A stretch of DNA of 62,412 bases, filler included, from a bacterium (GTDB lineage: Bacteria > JAMORN01), in assembly GCA_027063545.1 (NCBI GenBank). It is 18 parts of 18 records of this genome, joined end to end, with 100 filler letters (N's around TTAATTAATTAA, not from the genome) between each part and the next. Parts side by side here need not be neighbours in the genome. Positions count along the whole stretch, not along the records: positions 39,869 to 49,384 come from JAMORN010000102.1; positions 49,485 to 51,022 come from JAMORN010000103.1; positions 51,123 to 52,659 come from JAMORN010000104.1; positions 52,760 to 54,293 come from JAMORN010000105.1; positions 54,394 to 55,925 come from JAMORN010000106.1; 13 more parts are not named here. The stretch is one strand, 5' to 3'. Made by a program: the position numbers and the translations under genes. Of this stretch, positions 42,830 to 54,632 are shown in pieces. Every line of letters starts with the position of its first letter. The stretch's first letter is position 1. The notes beneath the pieces are model-generated. The model was given only the letters and a program-made list of their open reading frames with translations, ran no database searches and was not told where the DNA came from.

Positions 42830-44102
42830 AAAACTATTACTTATAAGCTTTATATTAAGTTTACCGTATAATAATTTTCCTTACGGTATAGGTGGTACTT
42901 TAACTCCTTTAGCGCTTATACCAGGGTCTGTATTTATATTCTTATCTTTCGTAAATTTTTGTTTACGAGGAGTTTTTAAGTTTAATAAAAACTTATTGTT
43001 ATTGGTGGTTGTGTTTGTATACTTTATAATTATTACGATATTTAATGATATTAGATTTTATGAGTATTTTGTAAAACAAAAAATAGTATCACCTTGGTTT
43101 CGTACTTTTCAGTTCATTATTTATAGTCTTATTTCGATAATTTCTTTTTATATTGGTTATAGAGCTTTGCAATATATAAGATCATTTAATAAGCTTATAA
43201 AAATTATATTATACGCTTATATACCTTCACTAGTTTTTGGAATTCTTGAAATTATTACTAATAATCACTCTATTTTAAATTTAATTAGAAAATTTTTTGC
43301 TAGTACACAATTTCCTGATGGATATTATCGAATATATTTATTAACGACAGAACCTTCATGGGCAGGATTTGATATGATATCATATGTTATTCCGATAACT
43401 ATGTATTTACTTCTTAAAGAAAGAAGTAAAATTTATTTAGTATTGTTGATAATAGAATTAGTGATTTTTTTAGAAATAAAGTCATTACTTGCTGCTATAG
43501 TTTTTGCAATATTGTTTGTTGCTTATTTTCTTGTTAGTATTATTTATGAAAAAAAAGTTCTTTCTTTACTTATTGCTTTTTTCACTATTGTTATCTTTTT
43601 GATTGGTTTACATATTTTTAGAGACATATATTGGGATAGATTTCAAGATTTTTTACAAGGTAATGACAGTTCTGCTTTGACTAGAACAGTTACATATATA
43701 ATTGCTGTAAAAATACTCATTAATGAACCTATGATAGGAGTAGGATTTAGAAATAGCGGTTATTTCTATACGGAATACATAAATCCTTTATTATTATCCC
43801 ATCCTCTTATTAGAGATTGGGCTGATTTTTGGTCAAAAAGATTTCCTGATATAAAATCTACTATGTTTGAGATTGTGGCGTCTGTAGGTGTTCAAGGAAT
43901 AGTTTTTTTTACTTTTTTTCTAACTTCTATAATTAAAAAGATTTTATTCATAAAGGATAGAGAAGCTTTGCTACTATTTTTAATGATTTTTTTAGCTTCT
44001 TTTATAGGTTCTTTTTCGTTAAATTTGATAGGATATCCTATTTTTTGGTTTTTTATTGGGCTTTTGTATAAATTTTCAGGAAAACGTAACAAGGATGTTT
44101 AG
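42819..44102 (+). CDS. wzy: O-antigen polymerase/ligase-family membrane protein
   Basis: Polytopic; R...TTEPS, DSSALTR, P.IGVG motifs. Confidence 0.75.
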   Translation: MKFKKLLLISFILSLPYNNFPYGIGGTLTPLALIPGSVFIFLSFVNFCLRGVFKFNKNLLLLVVVFVYFIIITIFNDIRFYEYFVKQKIVSPWFRTFQFIIYSLISIISFYIGYRALQYIRSFNKLIKIILYAYIPSLVFGILEIITNNHSILNLIRKFFASTQFPDGYYRIYLLTTEPSWAGFDMISYVIPITMYLLLKERSKIYLVLLIIELVIFLEIKSLLAAIVFAILFVAYFLVSIIYEKKVLSLLIAFFTIVIFLIGLHIFRDIYWDRFQDFLQGNDSSALTRTVTYIIAVKILINEPMIGVGFRNSGYFYTEYINPLLLSHPLIRDWADFWSKRFPDIKSTMFEIVASVGVQGIVFFTFFLTSIIKKILFIKDREALLLFLMIFLASFIGSFSLNLIGYPIFWFFIGLLYKFSGKRNKDV

Positions 44103-44133
44103 CTTATTGATTGCGATTTGTTTGAAGTAGTAA

Positions 44134-45429
44134 ATGAATTTTTATGAAAGGAGGAATAGCGTGAAAAGAATATTATTTTTAGCTTCAAGATTTCCTTATC
44201 CTGCGAAAAGTGGAAGAGAAAGAACTTTGCTAGAATACCTTTCTTTTTTGAAGGGGAATGCGAAAGTTTATTTTTATTTTTTTGAAAAGAAAAAGAAGCC
44301 AGAAACTGTGATACAGGAATTTAAAAGTAAGTATCATATAGAACAAATAAAATTTATAAAATTACCATCATTGTTTTCTTCAATGGTTAATATAGTTAAA
44401 GATACTTTGATTTTAAGAAAAAAAAGTTTACAGGAAAGCTTATTTTTTTCAAAGAAAATACAAACTTTTTTGATGAAAGAAGTTATATTAAATAATATAG
44501 ATATTATATTTGCTGATATGATTAGAGCTGCTCAATATTTCGAATATGTAGATATTAAAAAAGTTACTAAGGTTTTTGATATGGATGATATAATTTCAAA
44601 AAGATACAAATACTTGATGGACTATTCAGATGTAAATATTTTGGGTAATTTCAATGATAATTTTCCAGAAATTTTTTCTATTATTATAAATAGTTACCTA
44701 AGAAAAATTATTTTAGATATAGAAGGTAGGTTAGTAGAAAGAAGAGAGTTAGAGTTAGCAAAGAAGTTTGATAAAGTTATATTAGTTTCTCCTGAAGAAG
44801 CAAATTTACTTAAGTATACGATAGGGAAAAAGGAAATTTATTATATATATCCTACGGTAAAGAGGATGACGTTAAGGCTAAATATTAAAAAGTTATCACC
44901 AAGTATAAGTTTTATGGGACTTTTAAATGTTCCTCATAATGAAAAGGCTCTAATAACTTTTATTAAAAAAATATTTCCAGAAATAAAAAGATTATATCCT
45001 AATATTAAATTCTTTATAGTTGGGGCTAATCCAACAGAAAAACTTAAAAAACTTGTAAGGTTAAATAGCTCAAATATAATTTTGACTGGTTATGTTGAGA
45101 ATTTTAGTGAATATATATTGAAAACTGATCTTTTTATTGCACCTATATATTTTGGTACAGGTATAAAAACAAAAATTCTTGATGCTATGTCTTTAGGTAT
45201 GCCTGTAATAACTACTCCTCTAGGAGTTCAAGGGTTGAGTGTAAAACATTTAAGAGATATAATTATAGTTAACGATGATAAGGAGTTTGTTTACTTTGTA
45301 GATAAGCTTTTGAAAGATGAGGAATTGAGAAGTTCTATCGGGAAAAAAGCTTATCAATATGTAAATAAATATCATAATTATGAAAAAATAAGAAGAGAAT
45401 TTTTAAAAATACTTTTAGGGGAGGAATAA
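44134..45429 (+). CDS. GT4-family glycosyltransferase
   Basis: SRFPYP..SG, TGYV, API.FGTGIKTKILDAM..G.PVITT; GTG at 44161 has a GGAGG SD and may be the true start. Confidence 0.9.
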   Translation: MNFYERRNSVKRILFLASRFPYPAKSGRERTLLEYLSFLKGNAKVYFYFFEKKKKPETVIQEFKSKYHIEQIKFIKLPSLFSSMVNIVKDTLILRKKSLQESLFFSKKIQTFLMKEVILNNIDIIFADMIRAAQYFEYVDIKKVTKVFDMDDIISKRYKYLMDYSDVNILGNFNDNFPEIFSIIINSYLRKIILDIEGRLVERRELELAKKFDKVILVSPEEANLLKYTIGKKEIYYIYPTVKRMTLRLNIKKLSPSISFMGLLNVPHNEKALITFIKKIFPEIKRLYPNIKFFIVGANPTEKLKKLVRLNSSNIILTGYVENFSEYILKTDLFIAPIYFGTGIKTKILDAMSLGMPVITTPLGVQGLSVKHLRDIIIVNDDKEFVYFVDKLLKDEELRSSIGKKAYQYVNKYHNYEKIRREFLKILLGEE

Positions 45430-45431
45430 AT

Positions 45432-46454
45432 ATGATTTTTCGTTCACGGGCACCTCTTAGAATAGGTCTTGCTGGTGGTGGAACGGATGTTAGTCCTTAT
45501 TCTGATATTTATGGAGGCGCGGTACTTAATGCTACTATAACTATGTATGCTTATGCAACCATAGAACCTAAGAATAACGGGAAGATTGTACTTAATTCTA
45601 TAGATAAAAAGGAAAAGATTGAACTTGTGTCCAAAAAAAATTTAGAAATAGATGGCAGATTAGATTTGTTAAAAGCTGTTTATAATCGAATTGTTCAGGA
45701 ATTTGTAAAAGAAGAATTATCTTTTGAAATCTCAACTTATGTTGATGCTCCTCCGGGTTCTGGACTCGGAAGTTCATCTACTCTTGTAGTTGCAATAATA
45801 GGTGCATTTGCTGAATGGTTAAGGCTACCTCTAGGTGAATATGATATAGCACGTTTAGCCTATAAAATAGAAAGAGAAGATTTAGGTATGGCTGGAGGAA
45901 AGCAAGATCAATACGCAGCTACTTTCGGAGGTTTTAATTTTATGGAATTTTATAATAATGAAAAAGTCATAGTGAATCCTTTAAGAATCAAATCAGAAAT
46001 TATTAATGAACTTCAATTTAATTTTCTACTTTATTATACTGGAACAAGTAGATTATCTTCTAAGATTATTGAAGCTCAAGTAAAAAACGTAATTAGTAAG
46101 AAAAATAAAGCTATAGAAGCTATGCATAAACTTAAAGAACAAGCAGTAATGATGAAAGAAGCTATCTTAAGAGGAAACCTTGCTGAAATAGGAGAAATTT
46201 TAGACTTTGGGTGGCAGTATAAAAAGCAGATGGCTAACGGCATTACTAATCCTGTTATAGAAGAAATTTATGAGACTGCAAAAAAAGCAGGAGCTACTGG
46301 TGGCAAGATTTCAGGAGCGGGAGGAGGTGGATTTATGATATTTTATTGTCCAAAGAATACAAAGTATAAAGTGATAGAAGCATTGCAAAAATTTGGCGGG
46401 GAATTTAGGAGATTTCAATTTACTAAATATGGACTTGAAACCTGGAAAGCTTAA
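45432..46454 (+). CDS. hddA: D-glycero-alpha-D-manno-heptose 7-phosphate kinase (GHMP kinase)
   Basis: RAPLRIGLAGGGTD, PPGSGLGSSS, GGKQDQY, GGKISGAGGGGF. Confidence 0.93.
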   Translation: MIFRSRAPLRIGLAGGGTDVSPYSDIYGGAVLNATITMYAYATIEPKNNGKIVLNSIDKKEKIELVSKKNLEIDGRLDLLKAVYNRIVQEFVKEELSFEISTYVDAPPGSGLGSSSTLVVAIIGAFAEWLRLPLGEYDIARLAYKIEREDLGMAGGKQDQYAATFGGFNFMEFYNNEKVIVNPLRIKSEIINELQFNFLLYYTGTSRLSSKIIEAQVKNVISKKNKAIEAMHKLKEQAVMMKEAILRGNLAEIGEILDFGWQYKKQMANGITNPVIEEIYETAKKAGATGGKISGAGGGGFMIFYCPKNTKYKVIEALQKFGGEFRRFQFTKYGLETWKA

Positions 46455-46475
46455 TTTTTGAAAGGAGGGAAAGTA

Positions 46476-47048
46476 ATGGAAAAAATTATTTCTGCTATTA
46501 ATGATTCAATTAATGTTAAGAGACAAATTATTGAAGATAAGATTCTACTGAAAAGCATATTAAAAGTAACGAAGGAAGTTATAAATGCTTTTAGAAATGA
46601 TAGAAAGGTTTTCTTTTGTGGAAATGGTGGAAGTGCTGCAGATGCCCAGCACCTCGCTGCTGAACTATCTGGAAGGTTCTATTGTGATAGAGATCCCTTA
46701 TTTGCTGAAGCTTTGCATGTCAACACATCTTATCTGACAGCAGTGGCAAATGATTACTCTTACGATGAGGTATTTTCAAGGCTTGTAAAAGCTAAGGGAA
46801 GGAAAGGGGATATTTTGATAGGGATTTCTACTTCTGGAAATTCTAAGAATGTAATAAAAGCTATTGAAGTTGCTAATGATATTGGAATGATAACTGTTGG
46901 AATGACCGGGAAAAGTGGTGGAAAAATGAAAGATATTTGCAAATATCTAATTAATGTGCCTTCTAATGATACACCAAGAATTCAGGAATCTCATATAATG
47001 ATTGGGCATATTATTTGCGAAATAGTAGAAAAGGAGTTGTTTGGTTAA
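46476..47048 (+). CDS. gmhA: Sedoheptulose 7-phosphate isomerase
   Basis: CGNGGSAADAQH, ANDY, ISTSGNS, TPRIQESH; ATG 46476 preceded by AGGAGG. Confidence 0.96.
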   Translation: MEKIISAINDSINVKRQIIEDKILLKSILKVTKEVINAFRNDRKVFFCGNGGSAADAQHLAAELSGRFYCDRDPLFAEALHVNTSYLTAVANDYSYDEVFSRLVKAKGRKGDILIGISTSGNSKNVIKAIEVANDIGMITVGMTGKSGGKMKDICKYLINVPSNDTPRIQESHIMIGHIICEIVEKELFG

Positions 47049-47768
47049 ATGATTAAAGAGGCTATTGTTTTAGCTGGTGGGCTTGGGACGAGATTGAAGA
47101 GTGTTGTTAAAGATATTCCCAAACCTATGGCAGATGTAAATGGTAAGCCTTTTTTGGAATATCTTTTGAGATACTTGCGGAAAAATAGTATTGAAAGAAT
47201 TATATTGTCAGTTGGTTATAAGTGGGAGGTTATTAGGGATTATTTTGGAAAAAGTTTTGAAAACATGGAACTAGTCTATAGTGTGGAGAGTGAACCACTT
47301 GGAACAGGAGGAGCTATAAAAAGAAGTCTTTCTTTCGTTAATTCAGACAATATTTTTATTTTGAATGGTGATACTTTTTTTGATATTAATTTGAAAGACT
47401 TTTTGGCTTTTCATAAGAAAAGAAATTCTGTACTTTCTGTTGCTCTCAAGTCAATGAAACAATTTGATAGATATGGAGTTGTAAAAATTGACAAAGATAA
47501 TAGGATAGTAGCTTTTAAAGAGAAGGCTTACTATAAATTTGGTTTGATTAATGGAGGCATTTATTTGCTTAATAAACTCTTTTTTAGAGAATTGAATTTT
47601 GAATCCAAATTTTCCTTTGAAAAAGACTTGTTAGAGATTTATTACAAAGTATATAATTTTTACGGTTTTCCTTTTGAAGCTTATTTTGTAGATATAGGGA
47701 TTCCTGAAGACTATGAAAGAGCCAAAAGGGATTTCCTTTTGGTTAAGAACAATTTAGGATTAAAATAA
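47049..47768 (+). CDS. hddC: Heptose 1-phosphate guanylyltransferase
   Basis: LAGGLGTRL, PKPM, EPLGTGGAI, LNGDT, DIGIPEDY; follows hddA-gmhA. Confidence 0.88.
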   Translation: MIKEAIVLAGGLGTRLKSVVKDIPKPMADVNGKPFLEYLLRYLRKNSIERIILSVGYKWEVIRDYFGKSFENMELVYSVESEPLGTGGAIKRSLSFVNSDNIFILNGDTFFDINLKDFLAFHKKRNSVLSVALKSMKQFDRYGVVKIDKDNRIVAFKEKAYYKFGLINGGIYLLNKLFFRELNFESKFSFEKDLLEIYYKVYNFYGFPFEAYFVDIGIPEDYERAKRDFLLVKNNLGLK

Positions 47769-47803
47769 TTATTAAGTTTTTAGATGAAAGTAACTATTCT
47801 TGA

Positions 47804-48832
<1,029 letters not shown>

Positions 48833-48841
48833 GAGGGATAT

Positions 48842-49384
48842 TTGAATACAATAAAAATTCCATGGTGGAAAAGACCTTTTGATGTTATCTTCGCGGTCTT
48901 TGCAATAATTGTCACTCTACCTGTAATGATTCCTGTTGCTTTAATTATTAAGTTAACTGATAGAGGGAGTATATTTTTTAAACACGAAAGAATAGGTTAC
49001 AAAGGAAAGCCTTTTAAGGTTTTAAAGTTTAGAACTATGTATCCAGATGCAGAGAAAAGACTAGAGAAAATTCTTGAAGAGGATCCGAAAGCTAAGGAAG
49101 AGTGGGAAAAGACTTTTAAACTAAAAAATGATCCTAGGGTTACTCCAATAGGAAAATTTTTAAGGAAGTATAGTTTAGATGAACTTCCTCAGTTTTTTAA
49201 TGTTTTAAAAGGTGATATGAGTATTGTAGGTCCAAGGCCGGTTGTTAGAGAAGAGTTACAAAGATATTACAAAGATAAAGCTGATATTTATAAAAGTGTA
49301 AAACCAGGAGTGACTGGTTATTGGCAGGTAGAAGGAAGAAGTGATGTTGAAGATTATGCTAAGAGAGTAAATATGGATGTTTGG
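48842..49384 (+). CDS. Initiating undecaprenyl-phosphate sugar-phosphate transferase (3' end cut)
   Basis: KRPFD, KFRTM, KLKNDPRVT, SLDELPQ, MSIVGPRP, KPGVTGYWQV. Confidence 0.93.
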
Positions 49385-49484
49385 NNNNNNNNNNNNNNNN
49401 NNNNNNNNNNNNNNNNNNNNNNNNNNNNTTAATTAATTAANNNNNNNNNNNNNNNNNNNNNNNNNNNNNNNNNNNNNNNNNNNN

Positions 49485-50445
49485 GGTATAAAAAGAGAAT
49501 AATTCCAAATATTAAAATTAAAACTCCTACTATTGAGATATAATATCCATATTCAGGCCATCCTTTGTAAGTTACAATTTTTATAGGATCTATTCTGAAT
49601 ATAGAAGAATTTATATTTTTATCAATAAACATATAATAAAGTTTTTTTAAAGTAAGAAAATCTTTGTAATCTTCAAATGCTCTTGGATATTTTAAAAGAG
49701 TAATAATTGTTGGAAAAAATTTAAAGCTACTAACAGTAAAGAAAATAAAAAACGTTTTTAATAAGAATAAGATAAATTGTTTTAGTTTCTTTATATTAAA
49801 AATAAATTCTATTATAAAATAAATTATTGCAAAATAAATAAAATTATAATTCGCATGAAGAAAAGCTAGAGATAACACTAATCCTAATAATATAAAATTT
49901 TTTCTTAATATTGCTATAAGAAAGAAAGGTAAAAGAGCTGTTGTTGTTGCAAAATGAAGATGACCTTCTCCAGCATGCATAAAAAAGTATCCGTTGAAAG
50001 AAGCAATGAGAAGAGTTGTGAAAAGTAAGATAGAATAATTTATATCCCATTTTAAAATTTTATCATCAAATACAGTTTTATATAAAATTCTTATAAGAAT
50101 TATATAACCCAAAGAAGCAATAAAAAGCATAAATGTTATATAAATTTTAAGCCCTCTTTCAATCCCCCAAATTGCAGAAAACAAAGTCATAAAGGATAAT
50201 AAATTATTCTGAGGATCCCCAATATTCATAATTCCGCCAAACATATATGGATTCCAGAAAGGAAATTGATGAAATTTTAATATTGGATATATATTAATAA
50301 AAGTAAAAAAAGAGAAACTATCCCAATCACTAGAACCCAAATAATCAAAATGCACAAACCCAGAGAGAGTAAATAATACTGAGAAAAAAAATACAATTAT
50401 GACTTCATAGAAAAAATAATTGTTTTTATTAAATATCTTATTCAA
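49485..50445 (-). CDS. YfhO/GT-C-like polytopic membrane protein (3' end cut)
   Basis: FPFWNPYMFGG...IGDPQ and GH motifs, many TM helices. Confidence 0.6.
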
Positions 50446-51022
50446 TGTTCACTCCATAATCTTCTTTTAAAATATTTAAATATGAATTATATCTTTCTTT
50501 AGATATCTCGCCATTTTTAACAGCTTCTTTTACAGCACATCCAGGTTCTTTTAAGTGCATACAATTAGAGAATTTACATTCATATCCTAGAAATTCTCGG
50601 AAGTATTCCTTTAATTCTTCTTTTGAAAATACAAAAGATAGATTTATCTCAGAAAATCCCGGAGTATCTGCTAAAAATGAATTTTCTCCAAATGGTAAAA
50701 GCATTATCTCCACAGTAGTATGTCTTCCTCTTTTTGTTTTTTCACTAACTTCATTTGTGGCAAGTTCATATCCTGTTAAAGCATTTATAATTGATGTTTT
50801 ACCCACACCAGATGGCCCAGCCAAAACAACAATATTTCCCTTTAAATATTCTTTTAATTTATCAATATTAATTTCTTTTTGAGCGCTTATATGTAGTACC
50901 TCATATCCAGCATTTTTATATATATTAGTCCACTTTTCCAATTCTTTTTTTTCTTCATCTATTTCTATTAAATCAATTTTATTGAAAACAACCACAGGTT
51001 CTACCCCATAATAGTCATACAC
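50438..51022 (-). CDS. rsgA: Ribosome small subunit-dependent GTPase A (5' end cut)
   Basis: NKID, GPSGVGKTS, RGRHTT, DTPGF, CKFSNCMHLKEPGC. Confidence 0.95.
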   Translation of the reverse strand: MYDYYGVEPVVVFNKIDLIEIDEEKKELEKWTNIYKNAGYEVLHISAQKEINIDKLKEYLKGNIVVLAGPSGVGKTSIINALTGYELATNEVSEKTKRGRHTTVEIMLLPFGENSFLADTPGFSEINLSFVFSKEELKEYFREFLGYECKFSNCMHLKEPGCAVKEAVKNGEISKERYNSYLNILKEDYGVNIE

Positions 51023-51122
51023 NNNNNNNNNNNNNNNNNNNNNNNNNNNNNNNNNNNNNNNNNNNNTTAATTAATTAANNNNNNNNNNNNNNNNNNNNNN
51101 NNNNNNNNNNNNNNNNNNNNNN

Positions 51123-52188
51123 CTTACTTGATGACTTAAATATTGGTGAGTATATCTATATTGCTGATGGATTATATGCATTTGTTGTGGTAGATAAGGA
51201 GGAAAAATACTTAAAAGTTAAAGCTCTAAATTCTGGAAAAATTTTATCAAGAAAAGGTGTTAATTTCCCTAATTCAAAACTATCAGTTCCAGCACTTACA
51301 GAAAAAGATAAGAATGACTTAAGATTCATACTAACTCAACCAGTTGATTGGATTGCTTTATCATTTGTTAGGGATCCAAAGGATATAGAGGATGTAAAAG
51401 CTATATTTAATGAGGTTGGTACATCAAAACCTGTTATTGCAAAAATAGAAAGGAAAGAGGCTGTAGAAAAGATAGATGATATATTAGATGTATTTGATGG
51501 TATAATGATTGCAAGAGGTGATCTGGGAGTTGAGATACCTATAGAAAAGGTTCCTAATATCCAGAAAAAATTAATTATAAAAGCTAGAATAAAAGGAAAA
51601 CCTGTTATTACTGCTACTCAAATGTTAGAAACTATGATAGAAAATCCTGTTCCAACAAGAGCTGAAGTATCTGATATTGCAAATGCTATATATGATGGAA
51701 CAGATGCAATAATGCTCTCTGGAGAGACAGCCGCAGGGAAGTATCCTGTTGAAGCTGTAAAAGTAATGAATAAGGTAGCTTTAGAAACTGAAGCTCATTT
51801 AAAAACACTACCTATTATAAAAAAAGGTGATATGACAGAGGCTATATCTCAAGCAATATTTACAATAACTGAAACTCTTGATATTAAAATGATTGCTGCT
51901 AGTACAATGAGTGGATTTACAACTCAACTCATAAGTTCTAAAAGACCTTCTATACCTATCTATGCTTTTACCCCCTCACAAGAAACTAGAAAAAAACTTT
52001 CTGTTGTATGGGGAGTTTATCCTGTAGAGGTAGAAGAAGTTGATCATTTAGAAGATTTAATTAAAGTAATAAAAGCATGTGTAGCAAAACATAATATTAT
52101 AAACAAAGGTGATAAGTTTATATTTACTGCTGGTATTCCTTTAAAGAAACCAGGATTTACAAATATGCTACAAATTGAAACACTATAG
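51123..52188 (+). CDS. pyk: Pyruvate kinase (5' end cut)
   Basis: IAKIE, IMIARGDLGVE, ATQMLETM, PTRAEVSD, IMLSGETA. Confidence 0.96.
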
Positions 52189-52191
52189 TTA

Positions 52192-52659
52192 ATGTTAAAA
52201 ACTATTATAAAATTTTTGAGAGGGGAAGTTTTCTTCTCCTCTCTCTTTTTATTATTTCTTTTATTATATTCCATTGTTAGACCGCCAATTAGTTTTTTAT
52301 ATACTTCTATTCATTGGGAGACCATAATTACTTTAGTTATTCTACTGTTGCTTACAGAATCAATTAAAGAGTCTAATTTTTTCAATTATATATTATCTAA
52401 AGAAACCAAAATTTATAATAATAAATTTCTCCTACATTCATCTTTAATAATATTTTCCTCATTCTTGGCTATGTTTTTAACGAATGATATTACCCTTTTT
52501 ATTATTATACCATTTATCTATAAATTAAAAGAGAAAAAAATTATAGACTATAAAGAATCTATAATCTTATACATCTTAAATACAATAGCTGTAAATATTG
52601 GCTCTTTTCTAACACCTATTGGTAATCCTCAAAACATCTATATATGGCATAAATATGAT
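52192..52659 (+). CDS. SLC13/CitMHS-type anion permease (3' end cut)
   Basis: MFLTNDI and NIGSFLTPIGNPQN motifs. Confidence 0.85.
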
Positions 52660-52759
52660 NNNNNNNNNNNNNNNNNNNNNNNNNNNNNNNNNNNNNNNNN
52701 NNNTTAATTAATTAANNNNNNNNNNNNNNNNNNNNNNNNNNNNNNNNNNNNNNNNNNNN

Positions 52760-53414
52760 GCATTGTAAACAAATCTTGTTCGTCTTGCTCTGTCCATTTG
52801 TTAAAGTAATCCGAGTATCTTGCTATATATGGTGGGTCTAGATAGACTAAACTTTTATAATTAGCATATTTAATAACTTCTCTAAAATCCTTATTTAAGA
52901 AGATCCAATTATTACTTTTTATTCTTAAATAGAGCCATTTAACCTCATTGTAGATCTTTGTTATATAACTTTTTGAAAATCTATTTTCCTTTTTGCAAAA
53001 AGGAACATTAAACTCTCCCTTCATATTAAATCTTATAACTCCATTGAAAGAGGCTCTATTAAGAAAAATAAAATCCAGGGAATTAGGTTCTTTATTAAAT
53101 CTTTCTCTCACTTCATAATAGTAATATTCTCCCTTTTTCCTTAATTTTTCACCTTCAGATGTTAAAAACTTTTTAACTTCCTCTGGAGTAATAACATTTT
53201 CTTGTAAATCTTTATAGAATCTAATGATATGAGGATTTATATCCGAGAAAATTGCTTCTTTTGGATTCAAATTAAAACCTACTATACCTGAACCAACAAA
53301 AGGTTCAATATATAATTTTGTCTTAGCAAAATTTTCAGGTATAAAACTTAAAATCCATTTAACCAATTTACTTTTTTTACCTTGTATTTTAATTGGTGGA
53401 TTTAGTATTTTCAT
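52760..53414 (-). CDS. Dam/M.EcoRV-family N6-adenine DNA methyltransferase (3' end cut)
   Basis: PPIKIQGKKSKL, EPFVGSG, FNG..RFN..G.FNVPF, YLDPPY. Confidence 0.93.
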
Positions 53415-54247
53415 CTTGTTCTCCTAAAATAATCTTTTAAAAGTTTTACTAAATCCTTTCTATTCTTATATTCTAAAAAATCATCTAAGCTCGTTATTTT
53501 CTTTCCAGTTTTAGGGTTAATAATTCCATAGTTAATCCAGTAATCATCAAATATTTCTTCCCCTTCTTTTCCAAATATTGTAAATATCCCTTGACAATTT
53601 TTTAGTTTTTCTAAATCTTTAATACTTCCTATATTTGCTGTATTTGAACTCCCCTGCTTATCACTTGCTATTTGCCATTTTTCACATAAAAAAACTTCTA
53701 TATTCTTAATTGAGGATATTATTTCCTTTAGTTCCTTAATAGAATATACCTTTATATTTTTTTCGTTCTTTTCCACCCTTTCATAAATTAGTCCCAAAAT
53801 GAAATGCCCCGCATATTCTTTATAAGGATACATAATATTCTTAGTACTATTCCTATCCTTAAAATAAGTTCCGTGCGAACCCAAAGTAAAACCTTTTGGT
53901 TTTCCTCCATCCTTATACGTTGTCTTTAAATCAAGTGCTATTTTTTGATTAAGTTCCAAATCTATTAGTGTAAAATCAGGGTAAATATTCTGAGACCTAG
54001 GAAGTTCAATTTCATAATTGTAGATTTTTCCAAATTGAAAAATAAATGGTAAGATTTGTATTTCAAGGATTTTTGAAATTAATTTGGTATCAGTATTAAT
54101 TTCATAAACTTTCTTGTATATATCTATAAATCCTTTTATAGTCCAATTCCCATCTTCATCTTGGATTTTATCTAACAAATTTTGTTTCCTTAAAAATTCT
54201 TTAAAAAGCTTCTTAAACTTTTCTTTTGCTTTATCTTTAGGATCCAT
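53411..54247 (-). CDS. EcoRV-family type II restriction endonuclease
   Basis: DTKLISKILE, QNIYPDFTL, IALDLKTTY (PD..DxK), GFTLGS, GSSNTANIGSI; 4-nt overlap with the methyltransferase. Confidence 0.9.
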   Translation of the reverse strand: MDPKDKAKEKFKKLFKEFLRKQNLLDKIQDEDGNWTIKGFIDIYKKVYEINTDTKLISKILEIQILPFIFQFGKIYNYEIELPRSQNIYPDFTLIDLELNQKIALDLKTTYKDGGKPKGFTLGSHGTYFKDRNSTKNIMYPYKEYAGHFILGLIYERVEKNEKNIKVYSIKELKEIISSIKNIEVFLCEKWQIASDKQGSSNTANIGSIKDLEKLKNCQGIFTIFGKEGEEIFDDYWINYGIINPKTGKKITSLDDFLEYKNRKDLVKLLKDYFRRTR

Positions 54248-54393
54248 TATATATATCTTTTTACCAAAAAATATTTGGGTGAGAAATTAGAAGNNNNNNN
54301 NNNNNNNNNNNNNNNNNNNNNNNNNNNNNNNNNNNNNTTAATTAATTAANNNNNNNNNNNNNNNNNNNNNNNNNNNNNNNNNNNNNNNNNNNN

Positions 54394-54617
54394 ATCAGTA
54401 TGATTATACATGTGCTCATAGAACTCTTCCTTTTGGTACAAAATTAAGGGTGACAAATTTAGAAAATGGTAAAAGTGTAGTTGTAAGGGTGAATGATAGA
54501 GGGCCTTTTGTTAAAGGAAGGATTCTTGATCTTTCTTATCAGGCTGCCAAAAAGATAGGACTTGATAAAACAGGGACAGCAAAGGTAAAGGTTGAAATAT
54601 TATATCTACCTGAATAA
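54394..54617 (+). CDS. rlpA: RlpA-like septal ring lytic transglycosylase, C-terminal fragment
   Basis: Hand translation [51 protein letters not shown]. Confidence 0.92.
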
Positions 54618-54632
54618 CAAGGAGAAATAATA

